Assembly: GCA_051294375.1 (NCBI GenBank)
Contig: CM119267.1
Coordinates: 12,843,081-12,907,080 of the forward strand
DNA: 64,000 bases
Origin: Paraspadella gotoi
Lineage: Eukaryota; Animalia; Chaetognatha
Direction: 5' to 3'
In this document: piece by piece, positions 1 to 11,616 of the stretch
Position numbering within the stretch: position 1 is the first letter of the stretch
Layout: every line of letters starts with the position of its first letter
Translations under genes and position numbers: made by a program
The notes under the pieces: generated by a model
Told to the model about the DNA's origin: nothing
The model's database searches: none
Seen by the model: only the letters and a program-made list of their open reading frames with translations

Positions 1-494
1 AATTGTAATTTATCATCTGATTAGCTGATTACCTACTATCAGGGATGTGGAGCCGACCTAATTTTGTCTCGCTCCGGCTCCGGCTCCAGCTCCAGGCCAA
101 ATTTTTTTCCGGCTCCAGCTCCGGCTCCCAAGCAAAATTTTTTTTCGGCTCCGGCTCCGGCTCCGGCTCCATCAAAATTTCAACTCGGCTCCGGCTCCGG
201 CTCCAACTCCGGCTCCATTACTATATATATAATTAAAATTTAAGAAATTAAATATTCATAATATATTCTTTAAATTATATAATTTATATTTTTATTATAA
301 TTAATATTTATTATATTTATAATATATAATATATTTTAAATTAAAAAATATATTTATAATTAAAATTATATTAAAAATATTAAAATAAGCAAAATATTTT
401 TTTATTTTTTGGTGACATCCTCACTTTTTGGTAATTTAATTGTAAATTATATTTAGCATTCTCATTATGGTGATTTTACTTAAAACTCAGATTA

Positions 495-1220
495 TGGTTA
501 AGGTTAGGGTTGAATAGTTTAAGGTTAGATTAGGGTTGAGTTGGTTTGGTTTAGGGTTAAGGTTGAGTTTGTAATAATTAGGGTTAGGGTTGAGTAATTT
601 AGGGTTAGGCTTAAAGTTAAGTAGTTTAAGGTTATGGTTAGGTTAATGTCAATTTTAAGGTAAAATTTAAACAAAAAGCCGGCATTAGGTTAAGGAAGGT
701 ACGGCAATGGATATTAGGGAATAAAGTTGAGGTACGAATATATAAGGGAAGCCCGGTCCTGGGTTAAGGTTAGGGTTAGGAGAGAGGCATGAAGTTGAAT
801 GGGAGGCCTGGGTTAGGGTAGGGGAGAGGCTTACTGTTGATGCATCAAAGGCGGATAGGGTTAGGGTTAAGGCACAGAGATATATGGAAGCCCAGGTCCG
901 AGTTAGGGTTAGATTTGGGAGAAAAGCATGGAGTTGAACGAGAGGCTCGGGTTAGGGAAAAGCCCATGGTTGATGCATCAAAGGCAGTTAGGTTTGGGTT
1001 TAGGCACAGAGATGTACTGGAGGCCAGGGTCTGGTTAGGATTAGGGGAAGGAATGGAGTTAAACAAAGGCCCGGGTAAGGGTTAGGGTTAGGAAAGACAC
1101 AGTTAGCGAGTCGAAGGTGGTTAGGGTTGAGGCATGGAAATGTATGGGAGGCCTAGACCTGGGTTAGGGTAGGGGAAAAGCATGGAGATGTACGGGAAAC
1201 TTTGGTTAGGGTTTAGTTTT
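495..1220 (+). repeat. Degenerate GGTTAG/TTAGGG-rich array inside the hAT element
   Basis: Many gggttagggttag variants interspersed with quasi-periodic G-rich units. Similar tracts occur at ~2450-2570, ~6940-7110 and ~47130-47200. Confidence 0.7.
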
Positions 1221-1269
1221 TGAGGGAAGAGCCCGCAGGTGATGTATTTATCCCCATGTCTCAACTTCA

Positions 1270-2436
1270 AATTGTCATTTGCAAACTTGTGAAGATATTT
1301 TTTAATCTGAAAGATTTTTTCTATAGTAAAAACCTAAAACATTTATATATCCAAATTTTATATTTATTGGTTATGATTTGACTTGATAATGACCAGGAAA
1401 AAGTTGCTTTAAAAATTGTCTTTCATTTTAAAACAAATCTTTTTTTTCAATTTTATCGTTTAACTTTATAAACATTTTTTAAAAAACTTTTACATTGTAT
1501 TAATCCTTTCTTTTTTGTTTTTTTGAATTATTTAAGAGAAAACGAAAATTCATATTTGACAAAAATAATTTTGTTTTTATTTAAATCGGACATGTTTCGA
1601 TTCTATAACTTTCGAGTCTTCATCAGCATTTAAATTTACAAACTCAATATTTAATAAAAACTATGAAGTCCTAGAGTCAAAAAATGTCCGATTTAAATAA
1701 CAACAAAACCATTGTTATCAAATAACAAATTTTGTTTTCTCTCCAAATAAAAACTTTTATATAAAAAGGTATCAATATTAATATCTTCTGAAAGCTCTTG
1801 AAAATTTGAAGAAAATGATATATTTAAGAATATTCTAACGTGAAAATAAGCCTAACCAGCTTTAGTTTAATTAAGATAATCCAAATTGTAATAATAAAAT
1901 ACTAAAATAATTTTTTTTAAATATCTGACCTATTCTTACTATAATGATCTTACCAATTATTGTTTATATAAGTATCATAAAAAAGCTTAAGAAAAACTAA
2001 ATTAAAAATAGCTAACAATAATTTAATAATTATTCAAAAACTGCTCTTTAAGAATTTTTAATTTAATAATTATCTTAAAGCTAGATGGGCTATTTTTAAT
2101 ATTACAGTATTTTTAATTATGCCAATCTCTTTATATTTTTAAAAGCTTTCAGAATATATTAATATTGATACCTTTTTATATAAAGTTTTGTAAAAAAATA
2201 GTTAAAAAGTTAGAAAAACAGATTGATAAAAAAATAAAGTTTTAAAATGAAACACAATTTTGAAGGCAACTTTTCTCTGCTCAGTGCCAAGTCAAATCAA
2301 AACCAATCAATATAAAATTTGGTTATATAAATGATTTAGGTTTTTATTACAGAAAAACTTTTTCAGATTAAAAAAAAATTTACAAATTTGTAAATGACGA
2401 TTTTTTTTAGCGGCGGGCTGTTGTGTAACACCTTGT
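1270..2436. mobile_element. Degenerate foldback MITE, related to 5201-6090
   Basis: ~1270-1490 and ~1750-1830 are inverted copies of ~2100-2400. Shares the gtcatttgcaaac motif and a caccttgta/caccatgta-type end with the 5201-6090 element. Confidence 0.6.
1589..1626 (-). ncRNA. Minimal type I hammerhead ribozyme motif (Penelope-like element pLTR type)
   Basis: Minus strand reads CTGATGA-A-GACTC-loop-GAATC-GAAAC-ATGTC, flanked by atttaaatg/cgatttaaat (stem I). A degenerate inverted copy lies at ~1660-1750. Confidence 0.7.
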
Positions 2437-2764
2437 AGAGTTAAAATACTAGGGTTAAGGTTTTAGCTTGGCATGAGATAAAAGGTTAGGGGTTAGGGCT
2501 AAAAAAATGGCCTGCTGTAAATGATGCAAGATTGCAAATAAGATAAATTAATTAGGGTTAGGGTTTTTATTGGGTTCATTCAGGGTGAATATGAAGGCTT
2601 ATTATATCCCCATTATTCCTGGCCAGTCCCTTTTCAAACCCTGAACTTGACCAATGCTTTTTGTCTATCACTTAGTCCGACCTTAATAAAAAAAGATTGA
2701 CAGGATACCCGAGTATGGTTATTCCTTTCAGGCATATAATATATCCTCTATTTGCCCGGCTGGG

Positions 2765-3245
2765 GGGAGCCAGCTCATTTTGAGCTCTTTCTTACACTTA
2801 CTTTCACTATCACTTTACTTAACTATCCTTCACCACTTATTCTCCATTTCAAATTTCACTTTAATTTACTTTATTTATTTATTTAGTTAGAACTAATTTA
2901 ATATATTTTATTTTTGTTAAATATTAGTTTATCTTTAAGTTTGTTAATTTAATTTATTCCACTATATCTCTCTCTCTCCTTCTCTCTCTTGACTTTTTCA
3001 CAAAATTTGCTTCTTCTTCCCTGTCCTCACCTTTAGCTGTCCTCACATCGGGCCACTGACTCTTACCCTATTCTTTGTTGGAAAATCTCTCTCTCTCTCT
3101 CCAAAACTTAATATTAACAGAGAAAATATTGTTGATTTAAAAACTGCTGATGAAGGCTCTAACCCTTGTGAGCCGAAACATATCCTGACTTAAAATTTTG
3201 TCAATAAAAATCGTTGTTCAAATTCAAAAACTTATCTCCTTAATA
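2765..3245 (+). mobile_element. Penelope-like non-coding pLTR fragment with hammerhead motif at 3147-3184
   Basis: CTGATGA-A-GGCTC-loop-GAGCC-GAAAC-ATATC. The body is homologous to 48105-48610 (shared cagctcattttgagctct, gtcctcacctt, ttggaaaat). Confidence 0.65.
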
Positions 3246-4240
3246 CTATGAAAGAAGTAAACTAATATGATAAGTTTTATGGTATATTTTTGGATTCATT
3301 AATTAAAAAGTTAAAAATAAAAAGTATTATATTAAAGTAATTTAATTTTTTATCTTTTAAATAGATATGTTTCAACCATATGTAACAAAAATTGCAAGTA
3401 TATAATAGGAAAAAAATTAGTAAGCAAAATAACTTTTATTATTATTATTATTATTTAAAATATATTATTGAAAAGCTTTGCCTTTAATCAGACTGCTGTA
3501 TTAAGTAAGGCAAAGCATATTCAGGGATAAATTTTACTTCACAAAAAATTGAAAGTATTTTATAATAAATTTAATAGATTAAAAATAAAGAATTATTATT
3601 ATTTACTTAATCTTATATATAATAAATATATGATATTATATAAATTATAAAAATAGAAAAATAGAAAATAGTAAAACAAGTAAGTTGAAAATTTTCATTA
3701 ATTATAAAATTAATATTATATTTTTTTAAATATTTTTTTAATTTGATAATTATAATCTTATTTTATTTTTATGGAGCTGGAGCCGGGCATTTTTATTTCG
3801 GCTCCGGCTCCAGCTCCGGCTCCGGTCAAAAATTTTTTTCGGCTCCGGCTCCAGCTCCGGCTCCGGCCAGATAAAAATTCTGGCTCCGGCTCCGGCTCCG
3901 GCTCCGGCAAAAAAAGCTCGGCTCCGGCGGCTCCAGCTCCGGCTCCGGCTCCGGCTCCACATCCCTGCCTACTATCTTCGTCTTCTACAACCGCTTAATT
4001 ATTGAAGGCAGATCCGACATTGTTTGCTCAAACTTTTTTTATGTCATAATGCAATCATAAAATAATTTTAATGCATCATGTGAGGTATCATATGAAAGCT
4101 AACGATGTCTGCTACATGACAGCACGTGAAAAAAAATTTTTCTTAATAAAAATAAAAAATCACCAGACTACCCTACCTATAGAAGAAAAGCTGATATTTA
4201 TAATAAATTTCCTTGTCTCAATCAAAAACAAAATTCTTAC

Positions 4241-7200
4241 CCCAAACTGGTAATGGTAAAGCCAAGAATCCATCTCCGCGATCCCCTCCAATCCAACCAA
4301 ATACAGACACCTCTTTGTCTGCTTTTGTATAAACCACTTTGTTATATGGGCCGTCTTTAGAATCTAATATGAGGCTTTTGTCTAGAGTTATAACCTGAAA
4401 TTTATGATAAAAGAATAAAAGAAAGAGCATTCTAAAATCATTTGTCTCGTATATATACAAATATATATTAAAAGAATTGTTTACCTTTCTTTCTGACTCC
4501 CTTACGATAATTTGTTCAGTCTTACTCTCTGAATTTAAAATATATTGGTAAGAAATTCCTGATGCTCCTTCAACAGATGTTATAAAAATATTAGGCGTTG
4601 CTCCGATCGTATTGCTGAAGGCTATGAAGAACTCTGTTCCTCCGTTTGAGCCTTAAGTATGCATTTTTTTTTATAGTTTTTGTTCAAAATGTATGGAGTA
4701 TATATTTTAAACTTACTTAATTTATATACTAATTCCGAAATTGGAATAGCTTTTTCACCATTAGGACAAACCATTTCTGTACAGTTGCACACAAAGTTCA
4801 AATTTGATAAGATTATTTCCATATTGTACTTTAGTGATGATAATTCTACCGAAAGTTGCTCAATTACAAATTCATCAATGCAAGTATTATTTCCAGTTCC
4901 TGAAGAGATTATTCAAATAAATTTTTCTCAGAGGATTACTCATAAAATTAATTTTGATTTACTTACCCATTGTTTTTATTATTGCTGAAAGAAAACCTGT
5001 TGTGTTACTACAGGAGTTAGCAGTCGTATGAATTGTTGCCTCTTGAAGCTCCAAGGCAACACAAGAGTTGCTTTCATTTGTATTTGGAAATGCTTCTAAA
5101 ACCTTATCTTGCAAAATTCTCGTTATGTGCGAAAAATTGAAAAATATTGCACTCATTTTATCAAGATTTTCTTCACTCTAAAAAGAAATAACAAAGTATA
5201 CATGGTGACAATTTTACAAGCGCCGGTAAAAAAAGGCTGTCATTTGCAAACCATTGGTTATTTCATTGATTTTAAAGTAATTTATATGTTCAAATTTTAT
5301 ATTGATAAGATATTCCCTGACAGTGAATGGAGAAAGTTGGCTTGTAAAATCGGGTTTCATTTTCCAACTCACTTTTTTTAGATTCAATTTTTTTCTCTTA
5401 CTTTCACTAAGTTTTCTGAAGAAATTTGAAATAAAATAATATTAATATTATTATCTTCTGAAACCCTTTCAAATCTAAATAGAATTATATACTTATAAAT
5501 ACTGTAATATATATATATATATAATATATATACTTTAATTTAATTAGGAATAGGATACTCAAAAATTAAACATCTTTCAAAAAATTAATAACTGGAGGGT
5601 AAATTTAAGATTTGTATCAAATTGTGATCCTTTCTTTTTCGTTGTTAGTAGTGATTAGAGAATTGACAAAGTTTTTGTTTGCAACAAAAGATTTAAAATT
5701 TTACATAATTCACTTTTGACTCTCTTAATTGAAGTAAGGCTGGGTAGCTTAATTTTTATGTTAGAGCATTCGTAAGTATATCATTCTCTTCATTTTTTAA
5801 GAGCTTTCTGAGGATAGTAATATTGTTAATATTTTAATAAATACTTTGTTTAAAAAAGTATTAAAAGTTGAAAAAAAAAATAAAAACAGTGAGTTGGAAA
5901 ATGAAACCCGATTTTGCAAGCCAACTTTCTCCACTCATTGTCCCGGCTCATCTTAACTGATCAATATAAAATTTGAACACATAAATTACTTTAATATTTT
6001 TCACTCAACTAATCTTTAAAATAAATAAAATAACCACTGGTTTGCAAATGACAGCGTTTTTTTACCGGCGCTTGTAAAATTGTCACCATGTAGAAGGTTA
6101 TGACAGTTATGACAGCTAAAAATTCGATAATGTAAGATTTAATTTCTTATTTCAAACTTATCATATTTATATTTTTAACAGGATTTACAACTCAAAAGCA
6201 AAATTATAATCATATGATTATTGCAAGTTATGATTTTAATTTTTACCTTGCCCTTTTGGCCTTTTTATAATTAAGTTAGTTTTGAAGAGACAGTAATTAT
6301 TGTTATGTGTTAGTGACAGAACCGTTCAATATAAGCAGTCCCGGAGCTTCGGATCAGGCAGTAACACCATGTTACAGGCGGGTTAAGCGCCCCGTCCCTC
6401 TTAACTGCTAGGCGACCACCGGGCAAGATTCCCGGACCTTTGGGTTGGGAGGCAAATGACTTGCCTCCTGCATCAATGGCTGCTGATGATCGATTGGGGG
6501 ATTTTAGTCCACCATACATCCTCCCTCCCCTAGGGAGAAGTCTGTTGCGTCTCTTCAAGTTGAGGCTTGTCACCTGATATGTTGTTGGCGGAAAGTGGGT
6601 CGCCAGGTTAAGGCATGTCGCCTTAAAGTGTTGTTGTTGCTGTTGTGTTCGGAAGTCGGGCTCACCAATGAAGAGACAGTAATTATAGTTATGTGTTAGT
6701 GACAGAACCGTTCAATATAAGCGGTCCCTGAGCTTAGGATCAGGATGTAACACCGTTCTACAGGCGGGTTAAGCACCCCGTCCCTCTTAACTGCTAGGCG
6801 ACCACCAGGCTAAAACTTTGGACCTTTGGGTTGGGAGGCGAATGATGGCCGCTGATGAACGGTTGGTGGATTTTAGTCCACCATAGTTTGAAGGTTAAAA
6901 ATCATGTTACAGGGAAGGATTAAAGATTCAGTTATTGATTATGGTTAGGGGTTATGGTTAGGGGATAAAGTTTGGGATTAGGGTTAAATATACGGGTGAG
7001 GTAAGGGTTAGGAGAAGGGTTAAGTAATAGGGTTAGGGAATAGATTAGAGATTAGAGTATGATATTAGGGTTAGGGTTTGGTTAGAGATTGGGTAACAGT
7101 TTTGGGTTAAATATTAATATTAAAACTATTTTCAGGAATTGGAGAACTTTTTGAAAATAGTGCCCCGTATTGAATAAAAAGAATGCTTCACTTACTTTTA

Positions 7201-10200
7201 TTAACGAAGAACCACAGTCCATGTTGCCAATATCAACAAGCTTTTCATTTAGTACGTTCAAAGTAACATTTTGTTGATTTAACTGTTTCGTATTTCCTTG
7301 CAAATAGTCTTTTATAGTGACAATAGCTTCAAATTTTTCTCCAGATAATTCTTCTAAAATGTTCATCAAAGTTTCATTCTGAAAGATAAATTGACATTTA
7401 ATTTTTATCAAAATTAAACCTTTTGTTACATCTTTGCTTACCTGAGCATAAAATACAAAACTTATGTCCTTAGACAATTTTTCAAATGATTCCCTTGCTG
7501 AGGCATTAAAAAAATTTAAAAAAGATGAAAAAGATTCTTTATAAAATGTTTTTATTTCATTAAACCCAAAGTTAATTTCCTTTAATTCGGATGAAATGTT
7601 ATATGACAATACATAATCGGAATTAATGCCATCTAGATCCATAGAAATGTTACGAGTTGCAAGTTCCAAATTTTTAATTAAAGTAAAAGTTGAAGACATG
7701 ATATTTTCTGTTTTATTAGAAAGGTCAAAGATATAATTCAAAATTTTTTTAACATCATCAAGTTGGTTGGTCAAATTGTTCATACGCTGCACGACTGCAA
7801 AATCATGATTTTTAGAAAATTCAAGAATTTCCTCTGTAAATAAACTTATATTCTTATTGCCAGAAAGTATTGAATAAAGATTTTCTGTTTGGTTCCAATG
7901 CAATGTTTGTATAAAATTAAAATGCATTTCACTGAAGTTCTTCAAATGGTCAAGGACCAAATCGCCATTATTTCTAACCAATGAACTCGAATTGCGTATC
8001 TCACTTAATATGCTTTCAAGAAATTTACTATTAAGATTTCTGTAAGCACTATTATTTAATTCTAAAAAATCAATGTGGCTGAGAATTACTTCTGTAGTTT
8101 TGTTAAAGTACTGATAATGTTCAAGGGTAATCTCTAGAATTTCTCTTAAAACTTTAGATGAATTGCTTAAGCTAATTTGTAGGCTTGAATCAAATAGGTT
8201 GATTAAATATTCAATGCTTTGATTTAAGCTAAGATGATTATCTAGTATTAAATCTCTATTCTGTTTTAAAAGGTCTGTAGTGTTTTGAGCATTAAAATAA
8301 ATCTTTTCTAAGAAATTAAGAAGTTGTAAGATTGCCCCTGTAATTTTCTTGGTTGAGGTAATTTGCCCATCATTAAACCGTTCAATTTGAAGGTCCTGAG
8401 ATTTTTCTATAAAATTAATAAATGAAAAATTGAAATAGGTAATTAGCTGATAAATACTATCATATTTATTTTTAAAATTCTCAAATTCATTAGAGCAATT
8501 GAAATAAAGTTCTTGAATCTTGGAATGAATTAATAACGATGAATTAGCAGCAAGTTCAGTTATATGCCCAAAAACTGATTCATTTCCTAGTATTGAAATA
8601 ATTTTATTGGATTGATGATTAATATTTGACAATATTAATTTAAAGTTATCTGTCATATTCCAAGAATTTTTAATGATAGAAGCTTGAAGATTTTTTGAAG
8701 CAAAATTAAATTGAGTAGAAAAATTTGAAAATGAATTCTGCATGTCTTTTATTTCAAATAAACTGTTTTTTTGTTCAAGCTCTAAATTTCTGGTTTTCTC
8801 AATAATTTTTTTCTGATCATATACCAGGGAATCCAATAAAGAGATAATATTTGATTGGAATTCCGAGCTACTATTTATAAATATTGACACGTGTTCAAAT
8901 TTAGTATCAGTTAAATCATACATCTCATTAAAAAAGATAGTGAAATTAGAAGTTGCAGATTGAAAGAAAATGTTAAAATCATTTATAATATTTTTAATTG
9001 ATGTATCATTAATCCATATTTCTTTTTGAATTTGTACCAACATATCGCGTTGATACATTACTTCCTTCAATACTTCATTTATTTGAAAATTTTTCAATTC
9101 TTGTACTTTATGTAAAATGTCATTAAATTTTGAATTGCTTGAATTGATCAAGTGGGAAAAGCTATCAGAAATAGCATTTGTGAACTCTTTTGAATGAGTT
9201 GAATTATATATTTCACTTTTGATTAATAAAAGCTCATTATGCACATCCTTTTCAATAACCTCTTTGAGTAATTTAAAAATTAATTTGTTTTGCTCCATGA
9301 TTGCATTAGTTTTCTCAAACTCACTGTTAGATATATTATGGAATAGTTCTTCTATAAGATAAGAAATTCTAATGTCTATTTCAGCAGAGACGTTTATTGA
9401 TTGTGAAATGAATTCCCGTTTGAATGTTAGTAATTCATTGAAAAATTCTGTCATCAACCACTCAGTTTGAGTTCCAACATGTTCTGGAATAAAATCTTTA
9501 TAATTTAAAAACAATTCCGATAGGTTTGCAAATAATTCAAAGTTCTTTGTATATATTAATTGTCGTAAGGTTACATTCAAAGAAAGTATAATCTGTTGAA
9601 TCTGTTCGCTTTCAGTATTTACTTCATTTAATCCTTTTAGAATTAAAGATGTATCATTAAGCAACAATGTTTGTGAATCAGCTATATTTTTTTCTTTTTG
9701 TTCAAAGCTCGATAATAATATTGAAAGGTCCGTTCTAAAACTGAGGTTTAAAGCTTGAATTGTGTTCACAATATTCTCATGGATTGTGTAAATTTCATCT
9801 TTCAAAGTTTTCAAAGTTATTTTAATCTCTGTAGAATTATAAAATGTGGAATTTGATTCAACATACTGCTTTAATAAGCTTATTGTATCTAAATTAAACA
9901 AGTAGCGATCACTAAAAATCTCAAAGGAATTATTGAAGTTAATACTCATTTTTTTAATTTCTTTAATTTCACGTAATAATTCTTGAAGAGGTAATTTTAG
10001 TAACTCTGAATGTTCCGATGCATATAAGAGTATTTTCGAAGAAGTTAAGGAAGTATTTATAGCTATATCATTAGCCAGTAAAATAACCTCATACATTTTT
10101 AAAGTTTTATTGGTCATTATTTGAAGTTGCAACTGTATATCTTCTAACGTATTCTGTTTTAAAAGTATGTCATCATTTGGGTAATTCCAACCACTTACAT

Positions 10201-11379
10201 TTTTTAAGGTTATTTCTTGGTAATATTTAAAATCCGATACAACATTTGACAGATTAGTCACAATAGATAGAACATGTGTTAGTTTATGAATCATTTCAAA
10301 CATTAATCCTTGAAACTGTTGTTCTCTAATAACGGATACATTAGCATGCATGACAAACAAAGACAGAGAATCTTGAATATTGTCTTTAAAACTCAGTAGA
10401 AGGTTCTCACCATCGATTCTGTATCGTTTCAGGATATATTCTGTCTTATTATTTAAAAAAATTTGATTATTTTTGAGGGTATCATTCAAATAATAAAAAT
10501 TATTTAAGATGTTTAGATTAGTATCATTGTTATAAAACAAAAACTCATTCAATCGATTTTCAAATAAGGAAAAGAAACTTGAGAGTAGAACAAAATCATT
10601 ATGTAAATTTTTAATTTCAGCGCTAGAATTTTGTGATATAACTAGCAAAAGATTTGTGATTTCACTTTTAAAATTTTGTATGGACTCTTTATGTGATGAA
10701 GACACGTTTTCTAATTGTGTCATTGATTGATTATAGATCCAGATCCTTTCATTTCTTTGTTTTGTATCATCTTCAATTATTCTATCAGTAAAATCAAGCA
10801 GATCATTTCTTAAAGTTCTTGTCGTATTTTCCATAAGAGCTAATTGATCATTTTGAAACTGCACAATCTGTTTTAAAATAAAAAATCTTAAATTATTGGT
10901 TTCGTTAGAAACATGATCTTGTGTTTCTTTGTCAAGTGATTCAAATTTTTTTTCCATCCAATTGCTTGCATTGACTATGTGTTTTTTAATTTCAGTGATC
11001 ATTTCCAACTTGATCATATGCATACGAGTAAGTGCATCCTCTATTTTTGAGGAAGAATTTGTTTGAATGTTTGAAATCAAATCAAAACCTGTAAAAAAAA
11101 TCTTAAAAGCATAAGGATCGAGCCACCTTTAGATGTAACCAAATATTGATACGATGATAACCAAATATTGATGCGATGATGACCAAATATTGACGCGATG
11201 ATAACCAATAATTGATGCGATGATAACAAAATGACTGATGTGATGATAATCAAATGATTGATGCGATGATAGTCATTCATTGATAAGATGATAATCATTC
11301 ATTGATACGATGATAGTCATTCATTGATGCGTTCATTCATTCATCGTAAATAAAACAAACAAATGCGTATATGAGTGAA

Positions 11380-11433
<54 letters not shown>

Positions 11434-11581
11434 GCTGGACAGTTTTCCCGCCAACGAAACGCATTATTATGTCTCTCTCATTTATATAAAGAATAATCAG
11501 AATTTTTAGGAAAAAAATCCACGAAAATCTCGGAATAAATGGCGATAATAAAAGTTTTTAGAAGGAAAAAAAGAGAGAAAA

Positions 11582-11616
<35 letters not shown>

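Larger units (their letters stand above)
40..3967. mobile_element. Non-autonomous hAT-like DNA transposon with (GGCTCC)n subterminal repeats, carrying nested insertions
   Basis: TIRs CAGGGATGTGGAGCCG (40-55) and CGGCTCCACATCCCTG (3952-3967). Perfect 8-bp TSD cctactat at 32-39 and 3968-3975. No transposase ORF. Confidence 0.88.

Noticed and set aside
45-236. ORFs rich in GSGS/RLRL/APAP (also 3750-3998)
   Set aside because: They are translations of the GGCTCC subterminal repeats of the hAT element.
760-1100. True telomere or chromosome fusion site
   Set aside because: Too degenerate, interstitial, single orientation, and enclosed within a TSD-flanked transposon.
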